In this document: piece by piece, positions 16,220 through 24,244 of the stretch
Layout: the number at the start of each line of letters is the position of its first letter
Position numbering within the stretch: the first letter of the stretch is position 1
Source: a virus
Taxonomy: Duplodnaviria; Caudoviricetes
DNA length: 26,932 nt
Reading direction: 5' to 3' (one strand)
Virus record (IMG/VR): IMGVR_UViG_3300044728_000090
Span: 1-26,932 of that record
The notes under the pieces: generated by a model
What the model saw: the letters and a program-made list of their open reading frames with translations, nothing else
Databases searched by the model: none
Told to the model about the DNA's origin: nothing
Position numbers and translations under genes: made by a program

Positions 16220-16825
16220 TTAGTCATTGATTGCATGCAGGATCAGTTCAACAAGGCTTGGGAATGCTTCAGCCTGTTCCTGAGTCTTGGCATCCACGAT
16301 ATCGAACTTGGCCTCCTTGAGATTATCATCAAGCTCCGCGAGATACTTACCCGCAGCCGCATCATGGCCCACCTGAATGAACAGGATCGTCAATGCATCG
16401 TCAGTATCCTGCTTGTTGGCAGCGTCGATGATCACCTTCTTGGCAGCAGCACGGTCGTCAGGCTCACCATCGGTAAAGATGATGATGAAATCCTTCTTAT
16501 CAGACTTGCCAGCCAGCTCGAGGCATGCGGTCAGACCTTCAGCCAGTGGAGTGCTACCGCCCGGACGATTCTTGGTGAATGCCTCAGCAATCCGGTTGGC
16601 ATCTACGCCATCTTCCTTGGTGATATGTGCGCCACCGAACATTACGAGGCCCAGACCATCGCTGTCGATCTTGGCTATCTCACGTGCGAACTGGCATGCG
16701 GTCTCCTGCACATACTGCCAGCGTGACTTACCCTTGCAATCCTCAGTCCCCATCGAGCCGGACTTGTCAATCCCAAAGATGAAGTCGTAGTTCGTCAATA
16801 CTGGTGCGGGTGTTCCTTCAGTCAT
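16220..16825 (-). CDS. von Willebrand factor A (vWA) domain protein
   Basis: Complete MIDAS: DKSGS, GGSTP, TDGEP; FIQVG; GGAG RBS; first gene after the promoter at 16879-16906. Confidence 0.9.
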   Translation of the reverse strand: MTEGTPAPVLTNYDFIFGIDKSGSMGTEDCKGKSRWQYVQETACQFAREIAKIDSDGLGLVMFGGAHITKEDGVDANRIAEAFTKNRPGGSTPLAEGLTACLELAGKSDKKDFIIIFTDGEPDDRAAAKKVIIDAANKQDTDDALTILFIQVGHDAAAGKYLAELDDNLKEAKFDIVDAKTQEQAEAFPSLVELILHAIND

Positions 16826-16878
16826 GGTGTCTCCATATGTCTAGTTTGGACTAAGCGAGTGCTTAATCGCTAATCGAG

Positions 16879-16906
16879 ATTGTACGTTACTCCGAATGAT
16901 TGTCAA
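16879..16906 (-). promoter_or_regulatory. Leftward promoter of the vWA/peptide-array operon with operator copy (16881-16898)
   Basis: Minus strand TTGACA-16nt-TACAAT; TGTACG-TTACTC-CGAATG. Confidence 0.7.
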
Positions 16907-16913
16907 GAGGGAT

Positions 16914-16963
16914 TATTCGATAATACGAAATATGTTGACAAGTGAGGAATCAAGAAATAGGAT
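16914..16963 (+). promoter_or_regulatory. Rightward promoter with adjacent operator copy (16914-16931)
   Basis: TTGACA(16935)-17nt-TAGGAT; TATTCG-ATAATA-CGAAAT just upstream of the -35. Confidence 0.65.
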
Positions 16964-17090
16964 GCGCTCATTCAAGGTGCTGATAACCCTTGATGATAAC
17001 TTGGCGGAGTAACGAGAGAGTCGTTGCCGCTATCAGGATTCCAAGTTATCCGAGTAGTGGATCACCCGCCAAGAAGTCATGCTAATCACT

Positions 17091-17127
17091 AAGCCTCTTG
17101 CGGGGGAACTCTCGCTGGGGGCTTTTT
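17091..17127 (+). terminator. Intrinsic terminator/attenuator-like hairpin in leader
   Basis: AAGCCTC-tt-GCGGGGG-aa-CTCTCGC-t-GGGGGCTT followed by TTT. Confidence 0.55.
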
Positions 17128-17395
17128 CATGTCCACTACTTCTATCCGTGCCTTCTGCGTCAACAGCGAACCCATGCAGGGTTGCCGGAGAGAGAACTGC
17201 TAATGACACACTATGCCGAGGTATGTGGCGATGGTGCAATTCCATACTGGTGATTGTCGTGGACTGGTTGAATATCCGAAGTCCGGGGATTAGGGGAGGG
17301 CATAATAACGGCCCCTAACATCGATACGCCTTAGGGCGGTAAAGCCTATCTCCTCCTCATACTCCGATCACTGGGGTAGGGGGAGGTTTCGGGTA

Positions 17396-18076
17396 ATGAG
17401 AGGGGTTGGGCAGTTGGCACGTAGGCGAGTTACCAAGATACTGTGTGGTGGGAACACCTTGCTACAGACGCGGAAGATCATATCCAGATTGCCTGAATGT
17501 ACGGTAGATATCACGTATCACAATTGGGTTCAGTTGGCATTGCTGCTAGGCAAGAACTCACTCACTAAGCATACAGTGATGAACTGCGTGAACTATTTGG
17601 CTGACTATCTTAGTCTGAATAGAGCCACGACAGGGAAGATGCTGCTGAGTCCACCTCTACCACCGAAGCCGAAGAAGCTGAAGTGGAAGGACAAGCCGTA
17701 TCACAAGAGTTTGAGTGGGCCTGTTGAGGTGATACCTCTTCAGCAGTGTCTGGACTTCAAGGCTGAACCGAAGAAACCTATTGCACCACGGGTAAGGAAG
17801 CCGATCATCTCACCTGAGAAGGCACTGTACATAGCCAGCCCAGCATTCTTGGAGAGCTACGACTGGAGGGAGATCAGGATGAAGGCTCTCATCAAGTACG
17901 GTAGGAAATGCCAGTGCTGTGGGGACACTCCTGAGAATGGTGCGATCATGAATGTAGATCATATCAAGTGTCGTAAGAAGCATCCTGAATTAGCGTTAGA
18001 TATCAATAATTTACAAATAATGTGCCAATCATGCAATCACGGCAAGGGAAACTGGGACGATACAGACTGGAGATAG
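17396..18076 (+). CDS. HNH endonuclease (C-terminal domain)
   Basis: W..IR...L.KYG.KCQCCG...VDHIK....PELAL...NLQ.MC..CN.GKG; start uncertain. Confidence 0.85.
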   Translation: MRGVGQLARRRVTKILCGGNTLLQTRKIISRLPECTVDITYHNWVQLALLLGKNSLTKHTVMNCVNYLADYLSLNRATTGKMLLSPPLPPKPKKLKWKDKPYHKSLSGPVEVIPLQQCLDFKAEPKKPIAPRVRKPIISPEKALYIASPAFLESYDWREIRMKALIKYGRKCQCCGDTPENGAIMNVDHIKCRKKHPELALDINNLQIMCQSCNHGKGNWDDTDWR

Positions 18077-18077
18077 A

Positions 18078-18392
18078 ATGGCTACAACATCGTGCAGGAG
18101 ATGTGGCAAGCAGATCAAGTTCGTGATGCATAACGGCAAGTGGCATCCAATGACACCGGATGGCATTAGCCCACACTGGGCTGAATGTGACAGACAGAGG
18201 AGCAGTGACGTGGAGATAGAGCGAGGCAAGTGGATCAAGGGCGACAAGTACGTCGAGATCAAGTGCGAGTGCTTGCCGTGGGAGGGATGCCCTGTTTGCC
18301 GGGAGAAGATCAGGCAGCTCTCACTGGACTTCGGTCACCAGAATAAAGGGACGAGTCCCTCGCTTCCATTCAAGGCTACGTTCAGGCGATGA
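18078..18392 (+). CDS. Hypothetical zinc-binding phage protein
   Basis: CRRCG..I.F....GKW.P......H..EC and C.C....CPVC; GGAG RBS. Confidence 0.65.
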   Translation: MATTSCRRCGKQIKFVMHNGKWHPMTPDGISPHWAECDRQRSSDVEIERGKWIKGDKYVEIKCECLPWEGCPVCREKIRQLSLDFGHQNKGTSPSLPFKATFRR

Positions 18393-18673
18393 AGCTACCA
18401 ATCACTGATCGCCAGAAGATACAGTCATGGCTCCGCTCGATAGGCGAGACCGATCAGGCTATCATCGACGACATCATCAGGCAGTGCAGCAAGGATCGTG
18501 AGAAGCTGGATTACTTCGTGGCGAGGTTCGACTACGATGGCTACTGGCTACTTGAGCGAGATGACAGGATCGACGTGATCGTGGACGAGCAGGTGGTCAT
18601 GAGCTTCAATACCGGGGAGAAGCCTGACTGGGAGAGTGATGTAGTGATGACTATACCGCAGGAGATATCATGA
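18389..18673 (+). CDS. Hypothetical protein
   Basis: ATGA coupled on both sides; WL..IGETD pattern. Confidence 0.65.
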   Translation: MKLPITDRQKIQSWLRSIGETDQAIIDDIIRQCSKDREKLDYFVARFDYDGYWLLERDDRIDVIVDEQVVMSFNTGEKPDWESDVVMTIPQEIS

Positions 18674-19008
18674 GAGAGAAGGGATGGTTCTACTGGGTAC
18701 TGATACTGATTACGGCATGCGTATGCGGCTATGCGATGTCCGTGAGGGAGGTACATGCTCACCAGCCACAGATCGACTTTAGCACTGGGCCATACGGGAC
18801 ATCTGTCGGGATCAACATGCCCCGGCAACCTGTCTACGTCTACCCCCAGCCCCAGATCATCTACCAGCAGCCGATGGTGGCATACCCACCTCCGCACTGT
18901 GGATGGATGTATCACGATCACCCGGCCTGTTCCATGTACTACCGGAGGTACTACGAGAGGAAGCACCACGGTCACGGACATCACAAGCACAACAAGCACG
19001 GGAGGTAG
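18670..19008 (+). CDS. Putative exported Pro/Tyr-rich protein with His-rich tail
   Basis: N-terminal hydrophobic segment ending VHA; PVYVYPQP..YQQP..YPPP; HHGHGHHKHNKHGR tail; AGGAG RBS. Confidence 0.65.
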   Translation: MREKGWFYWVLILITACVCGYAMSVREVHAHQPQIDFSTGPYGTSVGINMPRQPVYVYPQPQIIYQQPMVAYPPPHCGWMYHDHPACSMYYRRYYERKHHGHGHHKHNKHGR

Positions 19009-19009
19009 C

Positions 19010-19285
19010 ATGAGCCGCGAGAACTTATTGAAGGCAGCAAAGGCAGTAGGGATGCCACTATCCCAGAGTTCTATTGAGGAATTTCTGGGGAGATTCTTAG
19101 TTGAGTACCAGAGGCTGGAGAAGCTACCGAAGAAGAGGAAGCACTACATGGTGATGGTATGGTGTCCACGAGATGGATGTCCGAAAGCGATGTCAGGACA
19201 CGACGAGGCTGAGTTGCGTAAGATCATGGAAGAGGATGGCTACACGATCATCAGTGACGTGATCGAGGTGGAGTATACGCTATGA
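19010..19285 (+). CDS. Hypothetical protein (modular paralog family)
   Basis: GGAGGT RBS before ATG 19010; the longer ORF-track start overlaps the upstream gene. Confidence 0.65.
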   Translation: MSRENLLKAAKAVGMPLSQSSIEEFLGRFLVEYQRLEKLPKKRKHYMVMVWCPRDGCPKAMSGHDEAELRKIMEEDGYTIISDVIEVEYTL

Positions 19286-19437
19286 CTGCCGTGATCAAGG
19301 AGGGGAAGGATATACTGTACGAGGCAGCACAGAGGGCCAACCTGTTCATCGAGAGCTATGACATGGAGCAGAAGCTGAGACGGTTCATTGCCGAGTACAA
19401 GCACATCGAGGAAGAGATTAAGAGGCCGAAGACATGA
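19282..19437 (+). CDS. 51-aa hypothetical protein MTAVIKEGKDILYEAAQRAN... (absent from ORF track)
   Basis: Manual translation; GGAG RBS; ATGA coupled on both sides. Confidence 0.6.
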   Translation: MTAVIKEGKDILYEAAQRANLFIESYDMEQKLRRFIAEYKHIEEEIKRPKT

Positions 19438-19622
19438 AACACGTACTGATGAAGGACATAGTGATACCAGCCGGAACCATATTTGATGATGCTCCACTCA
19501 GGACAGTCCGTGCGCCCGGAGCCTACATGCAAACCGTTATCGGATTGACGCGAGATACTGCCGGGACGTTCGAGTATGAGGTGATGGACGATAACGAGTG
19601 GTTTCAGGTGTGGGACGAATGA
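19434..19622 (+). CDS. Hypothetical protein (KDIVIPAGT motif)
   Basis: ATGA coupled on both sides. Confidence 0.6.
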   Translation: MKHVLMKDIVIPAGTIFDDAPLRTVRAPGAYMQTVIGLTRDTAGTFEYEVMDDNEWFQVWDE

Positions 19623-20050
19623 TCCAGTCACTCATTCAACCTAAGCGACCAACAGGTAAGGGATGGAAGATCGCCAAGTGGTGGGTGTGTCCTCCCCAGC
19701 TTGCAGCACTGGGCTACCCTGTCGAGCCGTGGATTCACGAGAATGGCCTGTTCGTGTTGTCTGCCGTGGAGGTGACTGACCAGCCTGACGAGATGCCACT
19801 AGGCCCACTGTACCATGTCAGCATCACCCGCAATTCGACTAGGGCCACGGGAGCTGAGGCAGCTTGGGTGATCGAGCAGTTTGGGATGTCTGATGCCGAG
19901 GAGGACAATCATGTGCCGGGAGGCAAGGTCAGGAACTTCTGGAGGCCAGTGGCGGATCACTTGAGTGGGTACGAGTGTCCGTGCAAGGAGGATGAGCCTG
20001 TGATCAAGGAGGACAAGGGTGACTTCGAGTGGAGAGGGCTGACCAGATGA
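19619..20050 (+). CDS. Hypothetical phage protein (YHVSI...EEDNHVP.G.VRNFWRPV)
   Basis: ATGA overlap at 19619-19622; globular composition. Confidence 0.7.
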   Translation: MIQSLIQPKRPTGKGWKIAKWWVCPPQLAALGYPVEPWIHENGLFVLSAVEVTDQPDEMPLGPLYHVSITRNSTRATGAEAAWVIEQFGMSDAEEDNHVPGGKVRNFWRPVADHLSGYECPCKEDEPVIKEDKGDFEWRGLTR

Positions 20051-20235
20051 GTTGTGCTGATCAAGCAGCTCTCGAAAGCATGACCAACAAGGAAGCATCT
20101 CTAATACCACCACCCATCTGGAGCTGGAATTCTATCAGGGACTCGTCCCTTTTTTATGTGTGGTAGAGCACATAACTGTCATATTAGGCATGGTAGACTG
20201 GTGACTCCCAGCAATTTCACTCAAGGAGACTTAAC

Positions 20236-20496
20236 ATGCCTAATCCAACACCTACACCTACACCTACTACTACCACTCGTGAAGAAAGACGTAAGCTGAG
20301 AGATGGCTTTGCTACAGCCATTGCTGCTGGCATCTTGCCACGTATCCCTGATGGCGCAGCAGTTGGAGATGCACAGAAGGCATTAGCTACACAAATCTAT
20401 GCAATGGCTGACCTGTTGGTTGCCGAGCGTAAACGCAGGATAGCTGATGAGGATGAGGCTTGTGGGGATGCACCACCTGTAGTCACCCCAGTATAA
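20236..20496 (+). CDS. Small protein of the 'LRD.FA...Y.MAD....R' family (paralog 3) with Pro-Thr N-terminal linker
   Basis: AAGGAG RBS; LRDGFATA...IYAMADLLVAER; standalone with downstream terminator. Confidence 0.7.
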   Translation: MPNPTPTPTPTTTTREERRKLRDGFATAIAAGILPRIPDGAAVGDAQKALATQIYAMADLLVAERKRRIADEDEACGDAPPVVTPV

Positions 20497-20519
20497 GTAC
20501 CCTTGTAGTAGAAGCACTG

Positions 20520-20543
20520 AGGCTGTCGATTGACGGCCTTTTT
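20520..20543 (+). terminator. Intrinsic terminator between convergent operons
   Basis: AGGCTGTC-gatt-GACGGCCT-TTTT. Confidence 0.65.
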
Positions 20544-20588
20544 GCTGTCCAAGCTATGGTTACCTGCCGAATTACCTGATCGACGATC

Positions 20589-20726
20589 CTAGAGCGATCC
20601 TGAGCCACTTCCGCCGCCCTTCTCATCATCATCCTCCCCACTGAATGCTGCCCAGAAGAAGTAGCAGATCAGCAGGGCGAAGATGATCTGCACGATAGAC
20701 ACGGCATGCAGGTTCAGGAAGGCCAT
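20589..20726 (-). CDS. 45-aa single-pass membrane peptide with acidic/Gly-Ser tail
   Basis: Manual translation MAFLNLHAVSIVQIIFALLICYFFWAAFSGEDDDEKGGGSGSGSL; no clear RBS. Confidence 0.45.
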   Translation of the reverse strand: MAFLNLHAVSIVQIIFALLICYFFWAAFSGEDDDEKGGGSGSGSL

Positions 20727-20740
20727 GATGGTAGATGGAG

Positions 20741-20947
20741 TCAATTCAGGTTGTCAGGTAATGGTTGTTGCACGGACTTGACGTACTGCTGGATGAACAG
20801 CACCTTGGCATGCTCGATAGCACCCAGCATCGTGATAGGCTGGAACGTATCGCCAGCAGTCTCGAACTGCACCCCGGTATTGCCATTGTTGTCCATCGAT
20901 ATCGTGATCTTTGCACTGAAGTTATCATTCACTAGTTTCTCGCTCAT
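20741..20947 (-). CDS. Hypothetical protein
   Basis: ATGA coupled; LGAIEHAK pattern. Confidence 0.6.
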   Translation of the reverse strand: MSEKLVNDNFSAKITISMDNNGNTGVQFETAGDTFQPITMLGAIEHAKVLFIQQYVKSVQQPLPDNLN

Positions 20948-21240
20948 TGTTCATCCCCATAAGTCATTGGCCCACCATCAAAGTAATGGCAGACGAACTT
21001 GCCACCATATAACACCACAGTACCGAGGTACTCATTCCACGTGATCCCCTCCGGCAGATCATCACCTGTAGCCAGCCCGAAGAACTTCCTGTCATGTATC
21101 TCACTGTCAGGATCACAGGTCACCCACATGGACACATCCGAGCCAATACCCTGAGACTGTACTGACAGGATAGTGAATACACTGGGCAACCTTACGATGC
21201 TATCCGACAAGAAGTTCAGGTTGTACTTGAATATCTTCAT
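20944..21240 (-). CDS. Conserved phage protein (IFKY.L...LP....LSVQ.Q....W...G...TG...YLGT...FV.H.F; DUF7352-like)
   Basis: Motif pattern recognised; ATGA coupled. Confidence 0.7.
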   Translation of the reverse strand: MKIFKYNLNFLSDSIVRLPSVFTILSVQSQGIGSDVSMWVTCDPDSEIHDRKFFGLATGDDLPEGITWNEYLGTVVLYGGKFVCHYFDGGPMTYGDEQ

Positions 21241-21563
21241 AGCGGTACATCCCTTTCCTCGATCTCACCGATTATTGTGTAATCATATTCTTGTGCAGAT
21301 TCTATGATCTGTTCTCTACTAGACGCAGACCAAGTAACAATAGAGCCTCCTGAATCCTTGACCTGTGCCATGTAGTGCCTCTCGGTCTTGATACCATCCT
21401 TGAGTCCCATGATATCGAGGAACTTCCTGAGCTTCTCTACGCTATTCCAGAGGGCAATCCCATCTGTGAATCCATCCTTGACTGCTGCATCAACTATCTC
21501 CTTGTCCTTAGCAGCAGCCATCTCCCCGGCCTTGTCCCATATCTCCTCAGCAGTCATCATCAC
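21237..21563 (-). CDS. Hypothetical protein (modular paralog family)
   Basis: AAGGAG RBS; C-terminus resembles that of 19010..19285. Confidence 0.65.
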   Translation of the reverse strand: MMMTAEEIWDKAGEMAAAKDKEIVDAAVKDGFTDGIALWNSVEKLRKFLDIMGLKDGIKTERHYMAQVKDSGGSIVTWSASSREQIIESAQEYDYTIIGEIEERDVPL

Positions 21564-21970
21564 CCGTTACTCCTTTCCCCATCGTCCCATTGCTTGTGAT
21601 CCCAGCCATAGTGGTCGCAGATCATGACCAGATTGTCCTTGCCGTAGTACTCGTAGTCATGGAAGTTTCCGAGGTCATCCCCTGCCAGCCACACCCATGC
21701 AGCGTAGTGGGACATGCTCCGACCTGCACTGAGGCCACGTCCGTTGTTGGCTTTCTCCCAAGCGAATGGCATGTACTCCAGCATCTCCTTCAGCATGGAT
21801 TCACGATCCCGAGGCCAAACCGTCCACTCTTCCTCTTTGGCGGTCTCATTCAAGTATGGTTTAGCCAGATTGAATGGCAACCTGATAATCAGATCACCCA
21901 TCTCAGTCCCCATCCAGTCACGATCCTTGATTGCTGCTGCACGATTCAATATTTCTGCATCTGTTCTCAT
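21560..21970 (-). CDS. Conserved hypothetical phage protein (YMPFAWEKA...RGLSA.RS..H...W.WL)
   Basis: Coupled on both sides; well-formed globular sequence. Confidence 0.75.
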   Translation of the reverse strand: MRTDAEILNRAAAIKDRDWMGTEMGDLIIRLPFNLAKPYLNETAKEEEWTVWPRDRESMLKEMLEYMPFAWEKANNGRGLSAGRSMSHYAAWVWLAGDDLGNFHDYEYYGKDNLVMICDHYGWDHKQWDDGERSNG

Positions 21971-22287
21971 AGTGTCAGTCCATCCTCTTCCATTTTCATC
22001 CTGAGCTCGAGCAGTGAGCAGCAGATTGCAGCCCCAGCCGAGCGTCCATTGTTGTACTCCGGAGTACCAGTACTCAGCTCCTTGTCCCTCACGAACTTGA
22101 ACATTCGGAGCAGTTCCTCCCTCTCATCCTTCACTGCCAGATCGACCAGCTTGATGCTCTTCTCCATCTGGCCCTCAGCGTCAGTCATGGCAGCGACGAA
22201 CTCGATATCGCCCTCATTGATAGCCTTCCCCTCGGCAATCAGTATCAGCCTGATCGTCTTGTGCAGCAGCAGCTCCCTTGCGCTCAT
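21967..22287 (-). CDS. Hypothetical protein
   Basis: TAATG overlap upstream, ATGA downstream. Confidence 0.6.
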   Translation of the reverse strand: MSARELLLHKTIRLILIAEGKAINEGDIEFVAAMTDAEGQMEKSIKLVDLAVKDEREELLRMFKFVRDKELSTGTPEYNNGRSAGAAICCSLLELRMKMEEDGLTL

Positions 22288-22616
22288 TATCTAAGCTCCT
22301 CTATCTTCTTCTTGATGAACTCGGTGACGGCATCATTGGTGAACCGCCATATCTTGTCAGGAACTACAGCGTATATCTCACCATCGACGATGCGCGGCTT
22401 GCCAGTCTCGAGCATGGCTGTGATGATCTTGATAATCCCTCTGGCTGAGTCATGTTCCTCGAGTACCGCATTATTCACTACAGAACACATGGCATCGAAG
22501 CCTCGCTTCTGTACTGGATCGGTAGGCACTAGGAATTCCTGATCCTCAGTTCTGGTGACCTCCTTCAAGATGCGGATCACACGGGCTTCCATCTTGTCTT
22601 TCCCTGAGTTACTCAT
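22287..22616 (-). CDS. Hypothetical protein, tandem paralog of 22613..22954
   Basis: Visible end-to-end similarity (EEHDS, II.AM.E.GK, VP...W). Confidence 0.65.
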   Translation of the reverse strand: MSNSGKDKMEARVIRILKEVTRTEDQEFLVPTDPVQKRGFDAMCSVVNNAVLEEHDSARGIIKIITAMLETGKPRIVDGEIYAVVPDKIWRFTNDAVTEFIKKKIEELR

Positions 22617-22954
22617 TCCATTGCCCTCAGCTCACCACGTTTCTTGAGGATGAATTGATCTATGGCCTTCTCTGTCTTGCTCCACAGAGCCTCAGGTATC
22701 ACGATGAAGTCACCTTCAATATTGATAGCCGTAGCCTTCTTACCAGCCTCCATCATTGCCACTATGATTGCGATCATGTCACTGGTCGAGTCATGCTCCT
22801 CACAGATAGCCTGACCTACCACTGCACAGAGGATTTCCAGCTTCCGCTTGTCGAGATCGTTCGTTGGCATCTTGATTGGATTGCCATCGGAACGTGTAGC
22901 CTTCCCGAGGAACCGTAGTGCCTTGTCCTTCAGTTTCTCGGGTGACTTATCCAT
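22613..22954 (-). CDS. Hypothetical protein, tandem paralog of 22287..22616
   Basis: Visible end-to-end similarity to 22287..22616 (EEHDS, I.AM.E.GK, P...W). Confidence 0.65.
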   Translation of the reverse strand: MDKSPEKLKDKALRFLGKATRSDGNPIKMPTNDLDKRKLEILCAVVGQAICEEHDSTSDMIAIIVAMMEAGKKATAINIEGDFIVIPEALWSKTEKAIDQFILKKRGELRAME

Positions 22955-23345
22955 GACGATCAGCCTTCAGCTCGTGAGCCTTACCGATCACCACGATGTC
23001 CTCCTCACATGCTATCGAGAGCAGGAAGTCATCCATGCATGAGAATACGTTGCTCACTGCGACATTCTCATTGCCCTTCTCATCACGAACGAGTACAGCG
23101 AAGTACTTCACGGGTGTGGTGCATTCCCTGTATCGATCCTCCGGCCCATCGAACGAGAATTGGCCTTTAGTCCACGTGCCATCGTCCATCCGGCACTCGT
23201 ACCGTGTACCCTGCAACTGCTTGAGCTTGGCTTTGGTGCGCCACAGCTCCTCCTTGTTCTCCCCGCTTAGGCCATCCTTCACCTTGTCGAGCAGCCCTTC
23301 CAATAGTTGCGCTATCTCAGCCTTCTGTTGTTTGTTCAGGTTCAT
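22947..23345 (-). CDS. Hypothetical protein
   Basis: AAGGA RBS; overlaps neighbours. Confidence 0.6.
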   Translation of the reverse strand: MNLNKQQKAEIAQLLEGLLDKVKDGLSGENKEELWRTKAKLKQLQGTRYECRMDDGTWTKGQFSFDGPEDRYRECTTPVKYFAVLVRDEKGNENVAVSNVFSCMDDFLLSIACEEDIVVIGKAHELKADRHG

Positions 23346-23904
23346 TCTTAATCTTCCTTTTCTCGAATTCAGTCTTCAAATAGGCAGACAATGTACGGTT
23401 ATCATCAAAGTGAAGATCACCCCATAGCTGCACCCTGCCTCCTACCACTACCTTCTTGTATAGCTGCACGTTACCCTTGATGAGACACCTGCCCCTCAAT
23501 ACTACGTTGTCGAACACGCATGCCGAGCCACATATCCGGGCCTCGTCCCTCACTATCGAGTAATCGAGAGCCCATGCATTCTCACAGACCAGTGCCTTAT
23601 CCCTGACGATGGCATACTGGGATATCCAGCAGTCACCATCATGGCTGAGATTGGCCTCACTCTCAACGTACCCACCGAGATACCCGGCCTTGACCTCATC
23701 GAAGTCCCGGAGAGCACGTATCCTCCAGACCTTGATACCATCACTCCACTTGAACCACTCGGTGAGCTCGTACTTCGGGCCTAGCACCTTGGGCTTGGGC
23801 TCACCCTTGTTCTTGACATACTTGGCCTGAACTTCCTTGTGCTGATTGTCCCGGCCCATCTCCAGCACCTTGAACTTCCTGACAAGGTTCTTACCCATCT
23901 GCAC
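23317..23904 (-). CDS. Phage protein with left-handed beta-helix (hexapeptide-repeat) domain
   Basis: RIRALRDF..VKAG.LGGYVESEANLS..G.CW followed by hexapeptide repeats (AIVRDK ALVCEN AWALDY SIVRDE ARICGS ACVFDN). Confidence 0.8.
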   Translation of the reverse strand: MQMGKNLVRKFKVLEMGRDNQHKEVQAKYVKNKGEPKPKVLGPKYELTEWFKWSDGIKVWRIRALRDFDEVKAGYLGGYVESEANLSHDGDCWISQYAIVRDKALVCENAWALDYSIVRDEARICGSACVFDNVVLRGRCLIKGNVQLYKKVVVGGRVQLWGDLHFDDNRTLSAYLKTEFEKRKIKNEPEQTTEG

Positions 23905-23938
23905 CTCCCAGAGTCAAAGCTCGGAAGATACAACAGCT

Positions 23939-24151
23939 CTACATCTTCCGCTTGTTGTAGTACATTTCCATTGTGCGAATAGCCATGTCGACGTTCCTGA
24001 CTGGGACTGGATGCTTGATGTGCCATACTAACCACTTGTTAGCTGAGGTCTCATGCTTCATCAGGGACACGGACTTACGCTCGTACATCCACAGTGTAGC
24101 AAGTAGTGATACCACGAAGATCGTGCCAATTACGATGAATAATTCAGTCAT
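23939..24151 (-). CDS. Small membrane-anchored hypothetical protein
   Basis: AGGAG RBS; N-terminal hydrophobic helix. Confidence 0.6.
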   Translation of the reverse strand: MTELFIVIGTIFVVSLLATLWMYERKSVSLMKHETSANKWLVWHIKHPVPVRNVDMAIRTMEMYYNKRKM

Positions 24152-24188
24152 GTTAATCTCCTATAAGATTCGTTTAAGTGAACTGTAG

Positions 24189-24206
24189 TGTTCGGGTATC
24201 AGAATA
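24189..24206. promoter_or_regulatory. Operator copy in divergent intergenic region
   Basis: TGTTCG-GGTATC-AGAATA matches the 18-bp family. Confidence 0.55.
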
Positions 24207-24244
24207 TCACAGACATTCAGACAATGCAAAGGGAAAGTTAAGAT

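Noticed and set aside
12069-16825. Calling the array a RiPP biosynthetic cluster
   Set aside because: Leader/core architecture is suggestive, but no YcaO, LanB/C/M, radical SAM, peptidase or transporter gene is visible; kept only as an analogy
17033-17318. ORFs 17033..17245 (-) and 17079..17318 (+)
   Set aside because: No RBS or recognisable motifs; they cross a terminator-like hairpin in a structured leader
18755-19009. Thr/Ser-rich N-terminal extension of ORF 18755..19285
   Set aside because: Alternate frame of the Pro/His-rich gene; ATG 19010 has a good GGAGGT RBS
21590-22294. Long antisense ORFs such as 21590..22294 (+); likewise 7823..8350 (-), 8623..9159 (-), 16235..16726 (+)
   Set aside because: Lie opposite well-supported genes and show typical shadow-frame composition
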